A DNA stretch of 61,197 nucleotides from a virus. A program made the translations under genes and the position numbers. Below the pieces are notes generated by a model, which was not told the origin of the DNA, made no database searches, and saw nothing but the letters and a program-made list of their open reading frames with translations. Of this stretch, positions 28,790 to 36,492 are shown in pieces; the first letter of the stretch is position 1, and each line of letters starts with the position of its first letter. The DNA is taken from IMG/VR virus record IMGVR_UViG_3300012344_000003, positions 1 to 61,197 of that record. One strand, given 5' to 3'.

Positions 28790-29470
28790 GCCTCCATCAG
28801 CATTTTACTGTAATTCTACCACAAAGTGCATACCTCTGTAAATAGCCTGAAAACAGACACACCCGCAGCGCCCCGGGAAAACAGAAAAAGGAGCGTTAAT
28901 AGAAGGAAAATGAAAAGTTAACATAGCGTAACCAGATATAACAGAATTATAACAAAATTTTATATTTAACATACCCATTGGGGTATTTGACGAAAAGCCC
29001 CCCTGAAAATAGCCTGTGCCCGTATCGAAATACTACATTCACAGGGCCACTTAAGCCCCCCTTATTTTGAGTTTTTTGAAAAAATGCACATAGTTATAAA
29101 ATCTTGTTATATTTAGGGTGTTTTTATGAAAAATGCTGCTGGGTAATGAGGCCTTTACTTGTCTCTCAAAAACAGCAAACTGAGGCGTAAAAATCAGCAA
29201 ATTTGACTGCAAAAACAGCAGATTTTGGGCAAAAATCATGCAACTAGGGTATAAGAGCAGGTTGATTTCGGGCAGGAACAGCCCTCATAGCTACTGTGAA
29301 TGTTATAAAAATGGCCTTTGAAAGTCCTCCGGGCTACTCCCCTACAAAAAACTTAATATTACCCCCTTTGAAAATTCACTTTTCCTAGGACCTCCAAAGT
29401 GTCATTTTTTATGTGTTTTTATAACATTCATACTGGGGGGGTAAAATGAAAATTCATAAAACTTGTTCTG
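28790..29470. promoter_or_regulatory. Divergent control region: non-coding and repeat-rich
   Basis: No credible ORF. AAATAGCCTG twice (28840, 29007). C5-6 followed by T-GAAAA boxes (28996, 29054, 29361). ACATTCACAG at 29035. 15-bp inverted repeat TGAATGTTATAAAAA 29297-29311 / 29416-29430. Confidence 0.6.
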
Positions 29471-29799
29471 ATGTTACAAGTAGCATGCAAGACGTGCGTG
29501 AACCAAGAGGAAGCGGCTCCTGTTGCAAGTACACGCTGAGCATTCCTGTTGGCTTGTAGTCTGCATCCCGGGCCACGCTCCGTTCGTGTTATCCCACTGC
29601 TCCTTATTCCCGAATCCTGCTACAAGTGATATTATTATAGCAGCATAGGATAGACATGACCACCTACTCTTGCTTCTGCTGTCAATGGGACGGAACTCGT
29701 TTGTCAACGGGCTTATTGCAAGTTCACGGGATAAAAAATCTGTGGGCGTTTTGCTATCATATTAAAACTTTAACTTTTAATATATTATAATATAATTTA

Positions 29800-29825
29800 T
29801 AATAAATAATAATTATTATTTATTA
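29800..29825. repeat. Perfect 26-bp A/T-only palindrome inside a ~70-bp nearly pure A/T tract (29761-29830)
   Basis: TAATAAATAATAA|TTATTATTTATTA checked base by base; lies at the arm divergence point. Confidence 0.85.
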
Positions 29826-30066
29826 AGAATAACTCTCGAGCTCCGCGGCCCCAGTTGTCCAGAATTCAGAGTCGCACACCTGTGCACCCAGATTTGGCAT
29901 CCAATGCTGCGTCCGAGAGTTAAGACCGTGCGTGACCACTCCGCTGGGATTGTTTTCGGTGTCGTGGGCCTTGAATCTGGAGGCTTTCGACACAACTCAA
30001 AGTTCGTTGAACGAGGAAAATACTACACAGCTCAAGAGTACCGATGCATGGCACAGGAGGCCGATT

Positions 30067-30687
30067 ATGGCATTCCCAATGTATAGTCTCTCTCTGTCGA
30101 GAGACACAAAACCAGTAGCCGAGAAATCTCGGCGTAAGTTGGACGCTAGATACAAGAATCTGGCAGAGATGATTGAGGCCGGCTGGACCCAGGCGGAGCT
30201 CGAGGCGCTTATCCAGGCGCCTCGTACAAAAGAGGCTACTGGCGGCAACATGCCGTGCGTAGACGGGTTCCCGATTTGCGGGACGTCATTGATGAACCAG
30301 GTAGAGCATGATGCCTACCTGGCTTATAAGAAAGGCCTTAGGAGCGGCCAGTCGTCTGCTCCTAAGGCGTCGCCTGAACAGGCAGCTTTATGGGCAAAGC
30401 TCACTGAGGCCTGCCGGGACTCACCAGAGGCCCTTGCGCTCGTGGCCCAGCTCATGCCAAGGGCCAGAGGTCCAGTCGAGACCCTTTTCGGTGGAGAACC
30501 AGTCGAGCCATGCTCAATAGCGTGGCTCATGTACCGCCATGCAGACGGCACAAGATTCGAGAACAAACTGGGCACACTCGCCCAGTTTGCGGCCGAGGAC
30601 GAGGGCACAGAGTGTGCTCTAACCAAGAAGCAGGTCGAGGACCTGCTTAAGAAATGCGGCGAGAAGTACGCTGCATTGGTAAAATAA
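30067..30687 (+). CDS. Hypothetical early protein, compositionally G+C-rich
   Basis: 206 aa from ATG 30067 (AGGAGG 6 nt upstream); the ORF track extends it to 29932 without an SD; no motif recognised. Confidence 0.55.
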   Translation: MAFPMYSLSLSRDTKPVAEKSRRKLDARYKNLAEMIEAGWTQAELEALIQAPRTKEATGGNMPCVDGFPICGTSLMNQVEHDAYLAYKKGLRSGQSSAPKASPEQAALWAKLTEACRDSPEALALVAQLMPRARGPVETLFGGEPVEPCSIAWLMYRHADGTRFENKLGTLAQFAAEDEGTECALTKKQVEDLLKKCGEKYAALVK

Positions 30688-30700
30688 AAATAAAAAAATA

Positions 30701-30719
30701 GCCTCCTGATAAAGGAGGC
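30701..30719. terminator. Hairpin GCCTCCT-GATAA-AGGAGGC, preceded by an A-run
   Basis: 7-bp stem. The A-run on the plus strand is a T-run after the stem on the minus strand. The 3' arm is also the SD for the next mini-ORF. Confidence 0.4.
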
Positions 30720-30924
30720 AAGGAGAACATTATGCTTTCAGGGCAGAGGAACCACTCTGCTGGAGAGAGCAACTTCTTGAGGGCCTTGACGTAAAGGTCC
30801 TCAATGACAGAGACAAGCTGGCACTTGTCTGGGTAGACGTCAAGACTGGGAAAGAACTCCTAGTCTTGACAAGAGAGCAACTTCGAGTTGCTTTCGAAGA
30901 CTTCGAAGAACAGGATGGTGAATA

Positions 30925-31014
30925 ATGAATAGCAAAGAATTAAGAATGTTGTTAAAGAACACAGGGACATCCCGCGAAAAATGGCGTGAGATGAACAAGT
31001 CATTTGACACATGA
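30925..31014 (+). CDS. Mini-ORF, 29 aa (MNSKELRMLLKNTGTSREKWREMNKSFDT)
   Basis: Its ATG overlaps the TAA of the upstream start-less ORF (TAATG); below the ORF-track size cutoff. Confidence 0.3.
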   Translation: MNSKELRMLLKNTGTSREKWREMNKSFDT

Positions 31015-31077
31015 AGGCAGACTAAGGAGCTTCCATGGCTCGAAGGACTCACGGCGAACCAATGGTTCACTGACAGC

Positions 31078-31263
31078 ATGCTTATTTCAGCATGCATCTC
31101 GGGCCAGTGGCATGAGCCCGGTGAGTGGGACTCATTATGTGAGGAGTTCTACATGGACATAGGGCATGCTGTTGGTTATCCTGACAGCATGCATGAGCGC
31201 TTGTCTTTTGATGACTTCGCGAGGTACTGTTACCTCTGCGGAGTCAGAGATGCTCTAAAATAG
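31078..31263 (+). CDS. Hypothetical small protein
   Basis: 61 aa; the ATG lies 4 nt after the stop of a 12-codon leader ORF (31035-31073) that has a good SD, so termination-reinitiation is plausible. Confidence 0.4.
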   Translation: MLISACISGQWHEPGEWDSLCEEFYMDIGHAVGYPDSMHERLSFDDFARYCYLCGVRDALK

Positions 31264-31336
31264 AGTTATCTTACAGTGGGTTCCTCTGATATGAGCAGAG
31301 GGACTACACGGTCAGATGACCGGAGGAGGCACAGAG

Positions 31337-31489
31337 ATGCCAGAACTGAATGAGGCATGCTTAAAGTTAAGTATGCTTATAAGGAATCCTTATGCTGTTC
31401 AGCGTTATGAGCAGCATAAGAAGTCAGTGCAGGATGCGTGGACCAAGATGTCCACGCAGACAACGTCAAAGAACGGAGGCAGAAAATGA
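31337..31489 (+). CDS. Hypothetical small protein, 50 aa
   Basis: GGAGGAGG SD upstream; its stop overlaps the next start (ATGA); below the ORF-track cutoff. Confidence 0.45.
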   Translation: MPELNEACLKLSMLIRNPYAVQRYEQHKKSVQDAWTKMSTQTTSKNGGRK

Positions 31490-31872
31490 AGCTTAGAGAG
31501 AACGCAAGAATGCTTGTCCTCGAGGCGCTTGGAAAGCGCATGGCTGAGGTCCTTACTGCTCTTGATGAGCATAGGGACGTAGACGTTGTGGAGCTTATGC
31601 AGAATGGGCTCCTCACATATGAAGAACTGGTTGAGCCAAGCAAGCTCAGCCTAGTAAATGAGTTCTGGGCGTGCTGCTATCCAGAAGAAATGAAAAACTG
31701 TCAGCATGACTTAAGAGAGATACTAGAATATCTCTTAGCAGACAAAATGTCTAATGCAATGGAAAGTGCTGCAGCTGCCCTTGCTACATGCAAGATAAGC
31801 CAGACAACTGCCAAGGCAATCTTCGAGCTCATCGAGGACTACATGAATAACAGAAAGGAGTATGACGAATGA
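31486..31872 (+). CDS. Hypothetical protein
   Basis: 128 aa from ATG 31486 (MKLRENARM, GGAGG upstream); the ORF-track start 31438 is a GTG without an SD. Confidence 0.6.
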   Translation: MKLRENARMLVLEALGKRMAEVLTALDEHRDVDVVELMQNGLLTYEELVEPSKLSLVNEFWACCYPEEMKNCQHDLREILEYLLADKMSNAMESAAAALATCKISQTTAKAIFELIEDYMNNRKEYDE

Positions 31873-32399
31873 ACAGGCAGGTACTGAGGACAAGGTATGA
31901 AAATGGCACTCTCCATAGGGAGTGCATAACAATTGAAAAGGATGAGAACTACTGGACAGAGAAGCTCTCACCTAGAAAAGGATATGTCCGCCGTATATGG
32001 ATAATAGGTAATGTGGCAGACCCTGATTACTTTGACTACTTCCCGCAAGACAAGCTGCCAGTGAAGTATGACTGGGGCCTGTCGCAGGGCCCACTGCCAG
32101 CAGATATAAAACGCAGCAAGAACTGCTCACCATTCAACATCTGCTCACGGTGCAAGACCAGCTCTGTCTACTACAGGACAGCTGAGTTCGTGTCCCGCTA
32201 TCCTGTTAATGGGGTGAATATACACTCCATTATGGAGAACAATGGGTGGAAGCAGCACAAGACAGGACATAACTCATCTACAGTGATGAGCATGCTCCGC
32301 TTTGTTGGTGCTATCCGCTATGACAAGAGTACCAAGCGCTGGTATCCAGGGCCCAACTCAGACAGGTTTCTGAAGGTTATCAGGAGCCGTAGCAATTAG
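31869..32399 (+). CDS. Hypothetical protein
   Basis: 176 aa, ATGA overlap with the upstream gene; contains Cys pair CSPFNICSRC; no family recognised. Confidence 0.6.
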   Translation: MNRQVLRTRYENGTLHRECITIEKDENYWTEKLSPRKGYVRRIWIIGNVADPDYFDYFPQDKLPVKYDWGLSQGPLPADIKRSKNCSPFNICSRCKTSSVYYRTAEFVSRYPVNGVNIHSIMENNGWKQHKTGHNSSTVMSMLRFVGAIRYDKSTKRWYPGPNSDRFLKVIRSRSN

Positions 32400-32422
32400 C
32401 TCATAAGAGCAAGGAGGCTTAT

Positions 32423-32533
32423 ATGGAGATAAGGCATGACGGGAAATACTGGTATGTGCTCAGGAACGGTGTGGTCATTGCATCGTTCAAGAGCCTTAGG
32501 ATGCTCAACATGTACCTTGAGGTGGTGAGATGA
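32423..32533 (+). CDS. Mini-protein, 36 aa
   Basis: AAGGAGG SD; MEIRHDGKYWYVLRNGVVIASFKSLRMLNMYLEVVR; ATGA-coupled to the next ORF. Confidence 0.45.
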   Translation: MEIRHDGKYWYVLRNGVVIASFKSLRMLNMYLEVVR

Positions 32534-32628
32534 TTCTGATGATAGCAGAAGTAAAGATATGCATATTCTTTCTGGTGATAGGTATATGCATGTGCTTGAT
32601 AGCATTTCTTATAGACACATTCCGCTGA
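32530..32628 (+). CDS. Single-pass membrane micro-protein, 32 aa
   Basis: MILMIAEVKICIFFLVIGICMCLIAFLIDTFR; start coupled to the upstream stop. Confidence 0.4.
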   Translation: MILMIAEVKICIFFLVIGICMCLIAFLIDTFR

Positions 32629-32643
32629 TTAAGGAGGATAGAT

Positions 32644-32721
32644 ATGGACGGATTTGGACTACTGCTCATAGCGCTGGGCCTTGTGGCAGTGGTAATAGCA
32701 ATAAGGAGTATGAACAGATGA
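32644..32721 (+). CDS. Single-pass membrane micro-protein, 25 aa
   Basis: AAGGAGG SD; MDGFGLLLIALGLVAVVIAIRSMNR; ATGA-coupled to the next ORF. Confidence 0.4.
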   Translation: MDGFGLLLIALGLVAVVIAIRSMNR

Positions 32722-32999
32722 ACTGGAAAAAAGCGGGGCGGAAGCGCAAAGACGCCCCGCTCGTAGTGAACATTGACTGCTCTACACATATAGACATCAA
32801 AGTTGTAGTCAACAGTGCATCACAGCAGGAGCAAGTGAAGCCATGGACACGTGAAGAGCTCCGCGTCTACAAGAACGGACCTGCTGCTCTTGCACGGGCT
32901 GTGGTAGAGCAGTGGAAAGCAGATGGTATGCCTGATGAACCAGGTATAAAGCCATGGATTGCTCTTGTAGAGCAGTTCGAGACGGAGGACAATGGATAA
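32718..32999 (+). CDS. Hypothetical protein
   Basis: 93 aa from ATG 32718 (MNWKKAGRKRKD); the ORF track extends it to 32559 across the micro-ORFs. Confidence 0.55.
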   Translation: MNWKKAGRKRKDAPLVVNIDCSTHIDIKVVVNSASQQEQVKPWTREELRVYKNGPAALARAVVEQWKADGMPDEPGIKPWIALVEQFETEDNG

Positions 33000-33282
33000 A
33001 GAGTACATGCTGCTGTCGCTCAGGCGGCGGCGCAAAGTCCTCGAGCACAGGTACACGAACGCATGCAGGAACCTTGATGACGAAGGTAATACTATCACAT
33101 ACTCATGTGCCTGTGCAGTGAGGACTAAGACCAAGTACGACTTGCAGCTACTTAATCTGATTGAGCAGCTGCTTATGACTTGTAGAGCAATATTCATAGA
33201 AGATGAAGATGCTATAGACGGCTTCCATAAACTGGTCGAGCCGCAGGAGCGCTTCAGGAACAAGAGAGGTAAAACAGAATGA
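32992..33282 (+). CDS. Hypothetical protein
   Basis: 96 aa, GGAGG SD, overlaps both neighbours. Confidence 0.55.
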   Translation: MDKEYMLLSLRRRRKVLEHRYTNACRNLDDEGNTITYSCACAVRTKTKYDLQLLNLIEQLLMTCRAIFIEDEDAIDGFHKLVEPQERFRNKRGKTE

Positions 33283-33692
33283 AGTATACAATAACTCTGC
33301 ACTTCGACTCTTATGAAGAGGTCGAAGCTGCACGTGACTTGCTGAATAGCATCATCACAGAGCCTTATATGAAGGAGCATATGTCTGCTTGTGATAAGAC
33401 AAGGCTAGGTAACTTGCGCAATCAAATAAGTGTGCTCCCTAGGCTGGACAGACATAGTGTGTTCCATTATAAAGGCTACGAATTTGAGCTCGATGACTGC
33501 CGCTTTGACGGAAGCTACACTGACAAAGTGGTATGCTTTGAGCATAACTATGACGAAAATGGGGACCAGCATGATACACTTATTAACTGGTATTCTTATG
33601 GAGCAGATGAGATTATCAACGGGAATGCAGGGGTTCCGTACTCACTTATACAGGCTATAAATAAAGCCAAGGGATTTGAAAATGAAGAATAA
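33279..33692 (+). CDS. Hypothetical protein
   Basis: 137-aa ORF, ATGA overlap with the upstream gene. Confidence 0.6.
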   Translation: MKYTITLHFDSYEEVEAARDLLNSIITEPYMKEHMSACDKTRLGNLRNQISVLPRLDRHSVFHYKGYEFELDDCRFDGSYTDKVVCFEHNYDENGDQHDTLINWYSYGADEIINGNAGVPYSLIQAINKAKGFENEE

Positions 33693-34083
33693 GGATTTCA
33701 AGAAAATGGTCAAGGACCATATCATCAAGCAGCAGTTCATACTGCTTTGTGGGGCTAAAACACTGCAGCGCTACTACAAGACAGTAGAGAAACCATACAA
33801 GTATTATATCTCTGAATGGAGCATCAAGGACGGGCAGCTTGTCCGCAATAACTTTGAGACTGTGGAAAGCACAGTGATTACTGGCCGCATAGAATTCCTT
33901 GAACAGGTCAAGCAGGTGCAGGAACGTCTTGATGAAAGCAAGCAGGAAATTAATGACTGCCGTATCAAGCAGTCAGGCTACCCTGATGAAGATGTCCCGA
34001 TGGAGCAGCGCAAATACTGGAAGTTAAGAGCAGGAGCAATTGAGTTCATGCTCAAATACAGAGAGGATAAAGAGCAGGGATAA
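33682..34083 (+). CDS. Hypothetical protein
   Basis: 133 aa from ATG 33682; the ORF-track start 33676 is a TTG. Confidence 0.55.
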   Translation: MKNKDFKKMVKDHIIKQQFILLCGAKTLQRYYKTVEKPYKYYISEWSIKDGQLVRNNFETVESTVITGRIEFLEQVKQVQERLDESKQEINDCRIKQSGYPDEDVPMEQRKYWKLRAGAIEFMLKYREDKEQG

Positions 34084-34124
34084 CAGGAACAACAGGAATG
34101 CTTGTTAGATGCTCCTGAAGGCTG

Positions 34125-34239
34125 CTGTGAATGTTATAATTACATATGTTATAAATGAATTTTCAACATTGAAGGGAAAATTTTTCTTTTTTCTAAGTTG
34201 GAAATGATATATAAAACGTGTTATTTATTACATTCACAG
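34125..34239. promoter_or_regulatory. Second copy of the CTGTGAATGT inverted-repeat control element
   Basis: CTGTGAATGTTATAA at 34125-34139 and TTATTACATTCACAG at 34225-34239 (14/15 complementary) flank an A/T-rich spacer in the 230-nt gap upstream of the nuclease gene. Confidence 0.55.
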
Positions 34240-34313
34240 CTCCGAAATGGAAAGTTTTATGTTGCATTTTCTCCTGCTCATGTTGCAGAATAAAGTTTAC
34301 GGAGGTAAAAGAT

Positions 34314-35012
34314 ATGTGGGAAAATGAGCAGAAGTTCAGCCACTATTTGATTGACAGGCTGAAGAAAGAGGGTTTCGTGTGTAACCGCATAGAGACACAC
34401 GGGACATTGAACGGTATGCCCGACCTGTTCGTGCAGGGAAATGGAATGGATACTTTCATTGAGCTCAAGAACATGAAGAAAGCTTCAGTCAATGACAAAC
34501 AGTGGAAGATTCCATGGCGGCCGGGCCAGGTTGCATGGGCAGCTGTCTACCGTAACAACCACCTTAACGTCTATAAAGACGTTAACATGTACAAAGTGTC
34601 CTGGACACTCATTGGGTGCAGTGACGGGATTCTAGCTATCCCTATGTGCAGCAATTACCTGCTTAATACTGTCACGGAAAAGGACACTGCCTATGTAATA
34701 GGGAAAGAGGACAGGATAAGGGATATACTGGGAGCTCACTCTCAACTGGCTATGCCTGCACTGTGCCCCGGTGAGCGGAGGATGTATGATTTTCTTGAAG
34801 ATATTGCTAGGGCTTATTGCTGTGCTATTGCTGGTCCAGCTGAAGCTAATGTGGACTGGCCTGACAGAGAGGTGCTCGCTCAGTCAGTAGGAATCAGCAG
34901 CAAAGAGCTCAGTGGCTTTGCTCCTGCTGACTATGACAGGTGCAGAACTATCTCTGCAAAAATAGCATCTGTTATATATTCATGTTATGATAGCTACCTG
35001 CTTAATAAATAA
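34314..35012 (+). CDS. VRR-NUC / PD-(D/E)xK-type nuclease, N-terminal domain
   Basis: 232 aa from ATG 34314 (GGAGG upstream); GMPDLFV..(11)..FIELK..(18)..PGQ fits the PD-ExK plus Q pattern of VRR-NUC. Confidence 0.55.
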   Translation: MWENEQKFSHYLIDRLKKEGFVCNRIETHGTLNGMPDLFVQGNGMDTFIELKNMKKASVNDKQWKIPWRPGQVAWAAVYRNNHLNVYKDVNMYKVSWTLIGCSDGILAIPMCSNYLLNTVTEKDTAYVIGKEDRIRDILGAHSQLAMPALCPGERRMYDFLEDIARAYCCAIAGPAEANVDWPDREVLAQSVGISSKELSGFAPADYDRCRTISAKIASVIYSCYDSYLLNK

Positions 35013-35037
35013 CAGCTGCTATACTTTAGGAGGTTAT

Positions 35038-35280
35038 ATGAGACAGCTTAATCAGATTCTTATTGAAGGCTTGATAACTAGGAATAAGCCTGACGTTTAT
35101 CAGGTTACTAATGATGAATGCCTTTCTCTGCCAGTTTATCCTGTGAGTGATAGGCTAAGAGATAAGCTGCGTGAAGAAATCAAGGACAACGTTAAAAGAG
35201 TAAGGATTGTTGGCTCTCTTAAATCTTTTGACAGTGTTTACTATATAAATGCTGACGCTGTGGAGGTGAAGCCAGAGTGA
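35038..35280 (+). CDS. Hypothetical protein
   Basis: 80 aa from ATG 35038 (TAGGAGG upstream). Confidence 0.5.
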   Translation: MRQLNQILIEGLITRNKPDVYQVTNDECLSLPVYPVSDRLRDKLREEIKDNVKRVRIVGSLKSFDSVYYINADAVEVKPE

Positions 35281-35765
35281 AATATATAAGGGATAAAAAT
35301 GAGGCAGCCAGATACCTTGGCTCAGTTGTAGGTATAAGGGACCTGGTATATGCTGTTGTGTTTCTGCGTATCTACGAGAACGGGTTCCTTACTTCAGCAG
35401 GATTCTTTGATGAGCTACTCGTTCCTGACGAGCCAGTTGAGCCATCTGATTCTGAAGACTGTATTCTGTATCATGCTGTAGGTGCTATGCACTTGCCAAA
35501 GGACATGCATAAACGTAAGTGTGTATTTGCCAATGAGATGGATATTCTGCTTGATGCAGACCAGTATCTCATGGCTGCTGCTCTTACAAAGGAAGATGTA
35601 TCAGAAGTAGTGAGCTCACTCTCAACTGTAGACCTGCATAAGGCCGCAGCAATTGCTGAGCGTAATATGCCGGAAGTGAACTCACCCGAAACACGGGAAG
35701 AGTTTGCTGTGTTCACTGATATTCAGGGCAGGTGCTATTCATGGTGCCTAATGCTTCCTGAATAA
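35277..35765 (+). CDS. Hypothetical protein
   Basis: 162 aa, GTG start overlapping the upstream stop (GTGA), GGAGG 10 nt upstream. Confidence 0.5.
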   Translation: MKYIRDKNEAARYLGSVVGIRDLVYAVVFLRIYENGFLTSAGFFDELLVPDEPVEPSDSEDCILYHAVGAMHLPKDMHKRKCVFANEMDILLDADQYLMAAALTKEDVSEVVSSLSTVDLHKAAAIAERNMPEVNSPETREEFAVFTDIQGRCYSWCLMLPE

Positions 35766-35802
35766 TTATTTTTATAAAAAATAATAAATTATATATTTTC
35801 AA

Positions 35803-35810
35803 TGTATAAT
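35803..35810 (+). promoter_or_regulatory. Extended -10 promoter element TGTATAAT
   Basis: Lies in an A/T-rich 146-nt gap, ~100 nt upstream of the 35912 gene. Confidence 0.4.
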
Positions 35811-35911
35811 TTATTACATAGTCAAAGCGAAGTGCCGAGCAAAATAATCATTATTGCCATTGTTAATGGCAGGATTATGGGACGGAGCGCCAAGCTAAGG
35901 AGACTAACACT

Positions 35912-36406
35912 ATGTCTAAGAAAGACAAATCACAGGTTGTAGAACCACAGGTAGCAGGAACAGAAAAAGCAGGACTCTCGGAAGCAGAAAAGCTTGAAAA
36001 ATTCAAGGCGTCAAAGAAAGCTGCCGCGAAACGTTTCAAAGAGCGCAAAGCACAGGAAAAAGTTGACCGCATTGAAGGCGCAAAGAAACTCATTGAAGTC
36101 ATGAAACGCGACGGAATCTGGGACAAACTTGATGACGAATGCAAAGGCTTTGTTAACGGCCTCGCAAACCCTGTTTCAGCTGCAGGAAACGGAACTGAAT
36201 CTGTGTTCACAAAGCTCTTCGGAGTTAATCCTGCCGTTGGTGCGACATTCACTTTGTCTGACGCATTCAACAAGACTCTCAAAGGAAAAGCCAACATTGA
36301 CCACTTGGTCAAGAAATGGGCTGAAAAGGGGATTGTTGTTTCGTTCAAAAAGAACGACGCAAATATCCTTGATTCTGTCTACACACTTGAAGCAACTGGC
36401 AACTAA
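35912..36406 (+). CDS. Lys/Ala-rich protein in its own promoter-terminator unit (candidate abundant nucleic-acid-binding protein)
   Basis: 164 aa, AAGGAG SD. The basic N-terminal half (KFKASKKAAAKRFKERKAQEK) is the only support for the binding role. Flanked by the TGTATAAT element and a terminator. Confidence 0.6.
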   Translation: MSKKDKSQVVEPQVAGTEKAGLSEAEKLEKFKASKKAAAKRFKERKAQEKVDRIEGAKKLIEVMKRDGIWDKLDDECKGFVNGLANPVSAAGNGTESVFTKLFGVNPAVGATFTLSDAFNKTLKGKANIDHLVKKWAEKGIVVSFKKNDANILDSVYTLEATGN

Positions 36407-36436
36407 GTTTACGCGTAGATAATCCTGGAAAGCTTG

Positions 36437-36476
36437 AAGCCGCATAGAGTTAACTACTTTGTGCGGCTTGTTTTGT
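36437..36476 (+). terminator. Rho-independent terminator
   Basis: AAGCCGCA (36437-36444) pairs with TGCGGCTT (36462-36469), followed by GTTTTGT. Confidence 0.6.
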
Positions 36477-36492
36477 ATAGGGAGGAAAATGA

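Noticed and set aside
29051-29707. Minus-strand ORFs 29051-29239 (62 aa) and 29474-29707 (77 aa) in the control region
   Set aside because: Neither has a Shine-Dalgarno site, and the second starts with TTG. The composition is odd, and the region is better explained as regulatory DNA or RNA.
29834-29867. Cluster of six-cutter sites CTCGAG/GAGCTC/CCGCGG (overlapping) and GAATTC, resembling a cloning polylinker
   Set aside because: No vector backbone, selectable marker or other synthetic hallmark lies nearby, and the sites sit in a G+C-rich leader where such palindromes arise easily. It could be re-examined by BLAST against vector databases.
28790-31080. tRNA genes or an integrase/attP module in the large non-coding regions
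   Set aside because: I found no cloverleaf-compatible T-arm (GTTCRANYC-like) or acceptor pairing by eye, and no recombinase motif in any ORF. Eye inspection is weak evidence for absence, so tRNAscan-SE and Infernal should be run.
32820-33380. 186-aa minus-strand ORF, and the similar 32505-32789 and 32396-32605
   Set aside because: They are antisense to a tightly coupled chain of SD-led plus-strand genes and have no SD of their own.
35875-36348. 157-aa minus-strand ORF overlapping 35912-36406
   Set aside because: The plus-strand ORF has an AAGGAG SD, an upstream TGTATAAT element and a downstream terminator. The minus-strand ORF has none of these and lies in the plus-transcribed arm.
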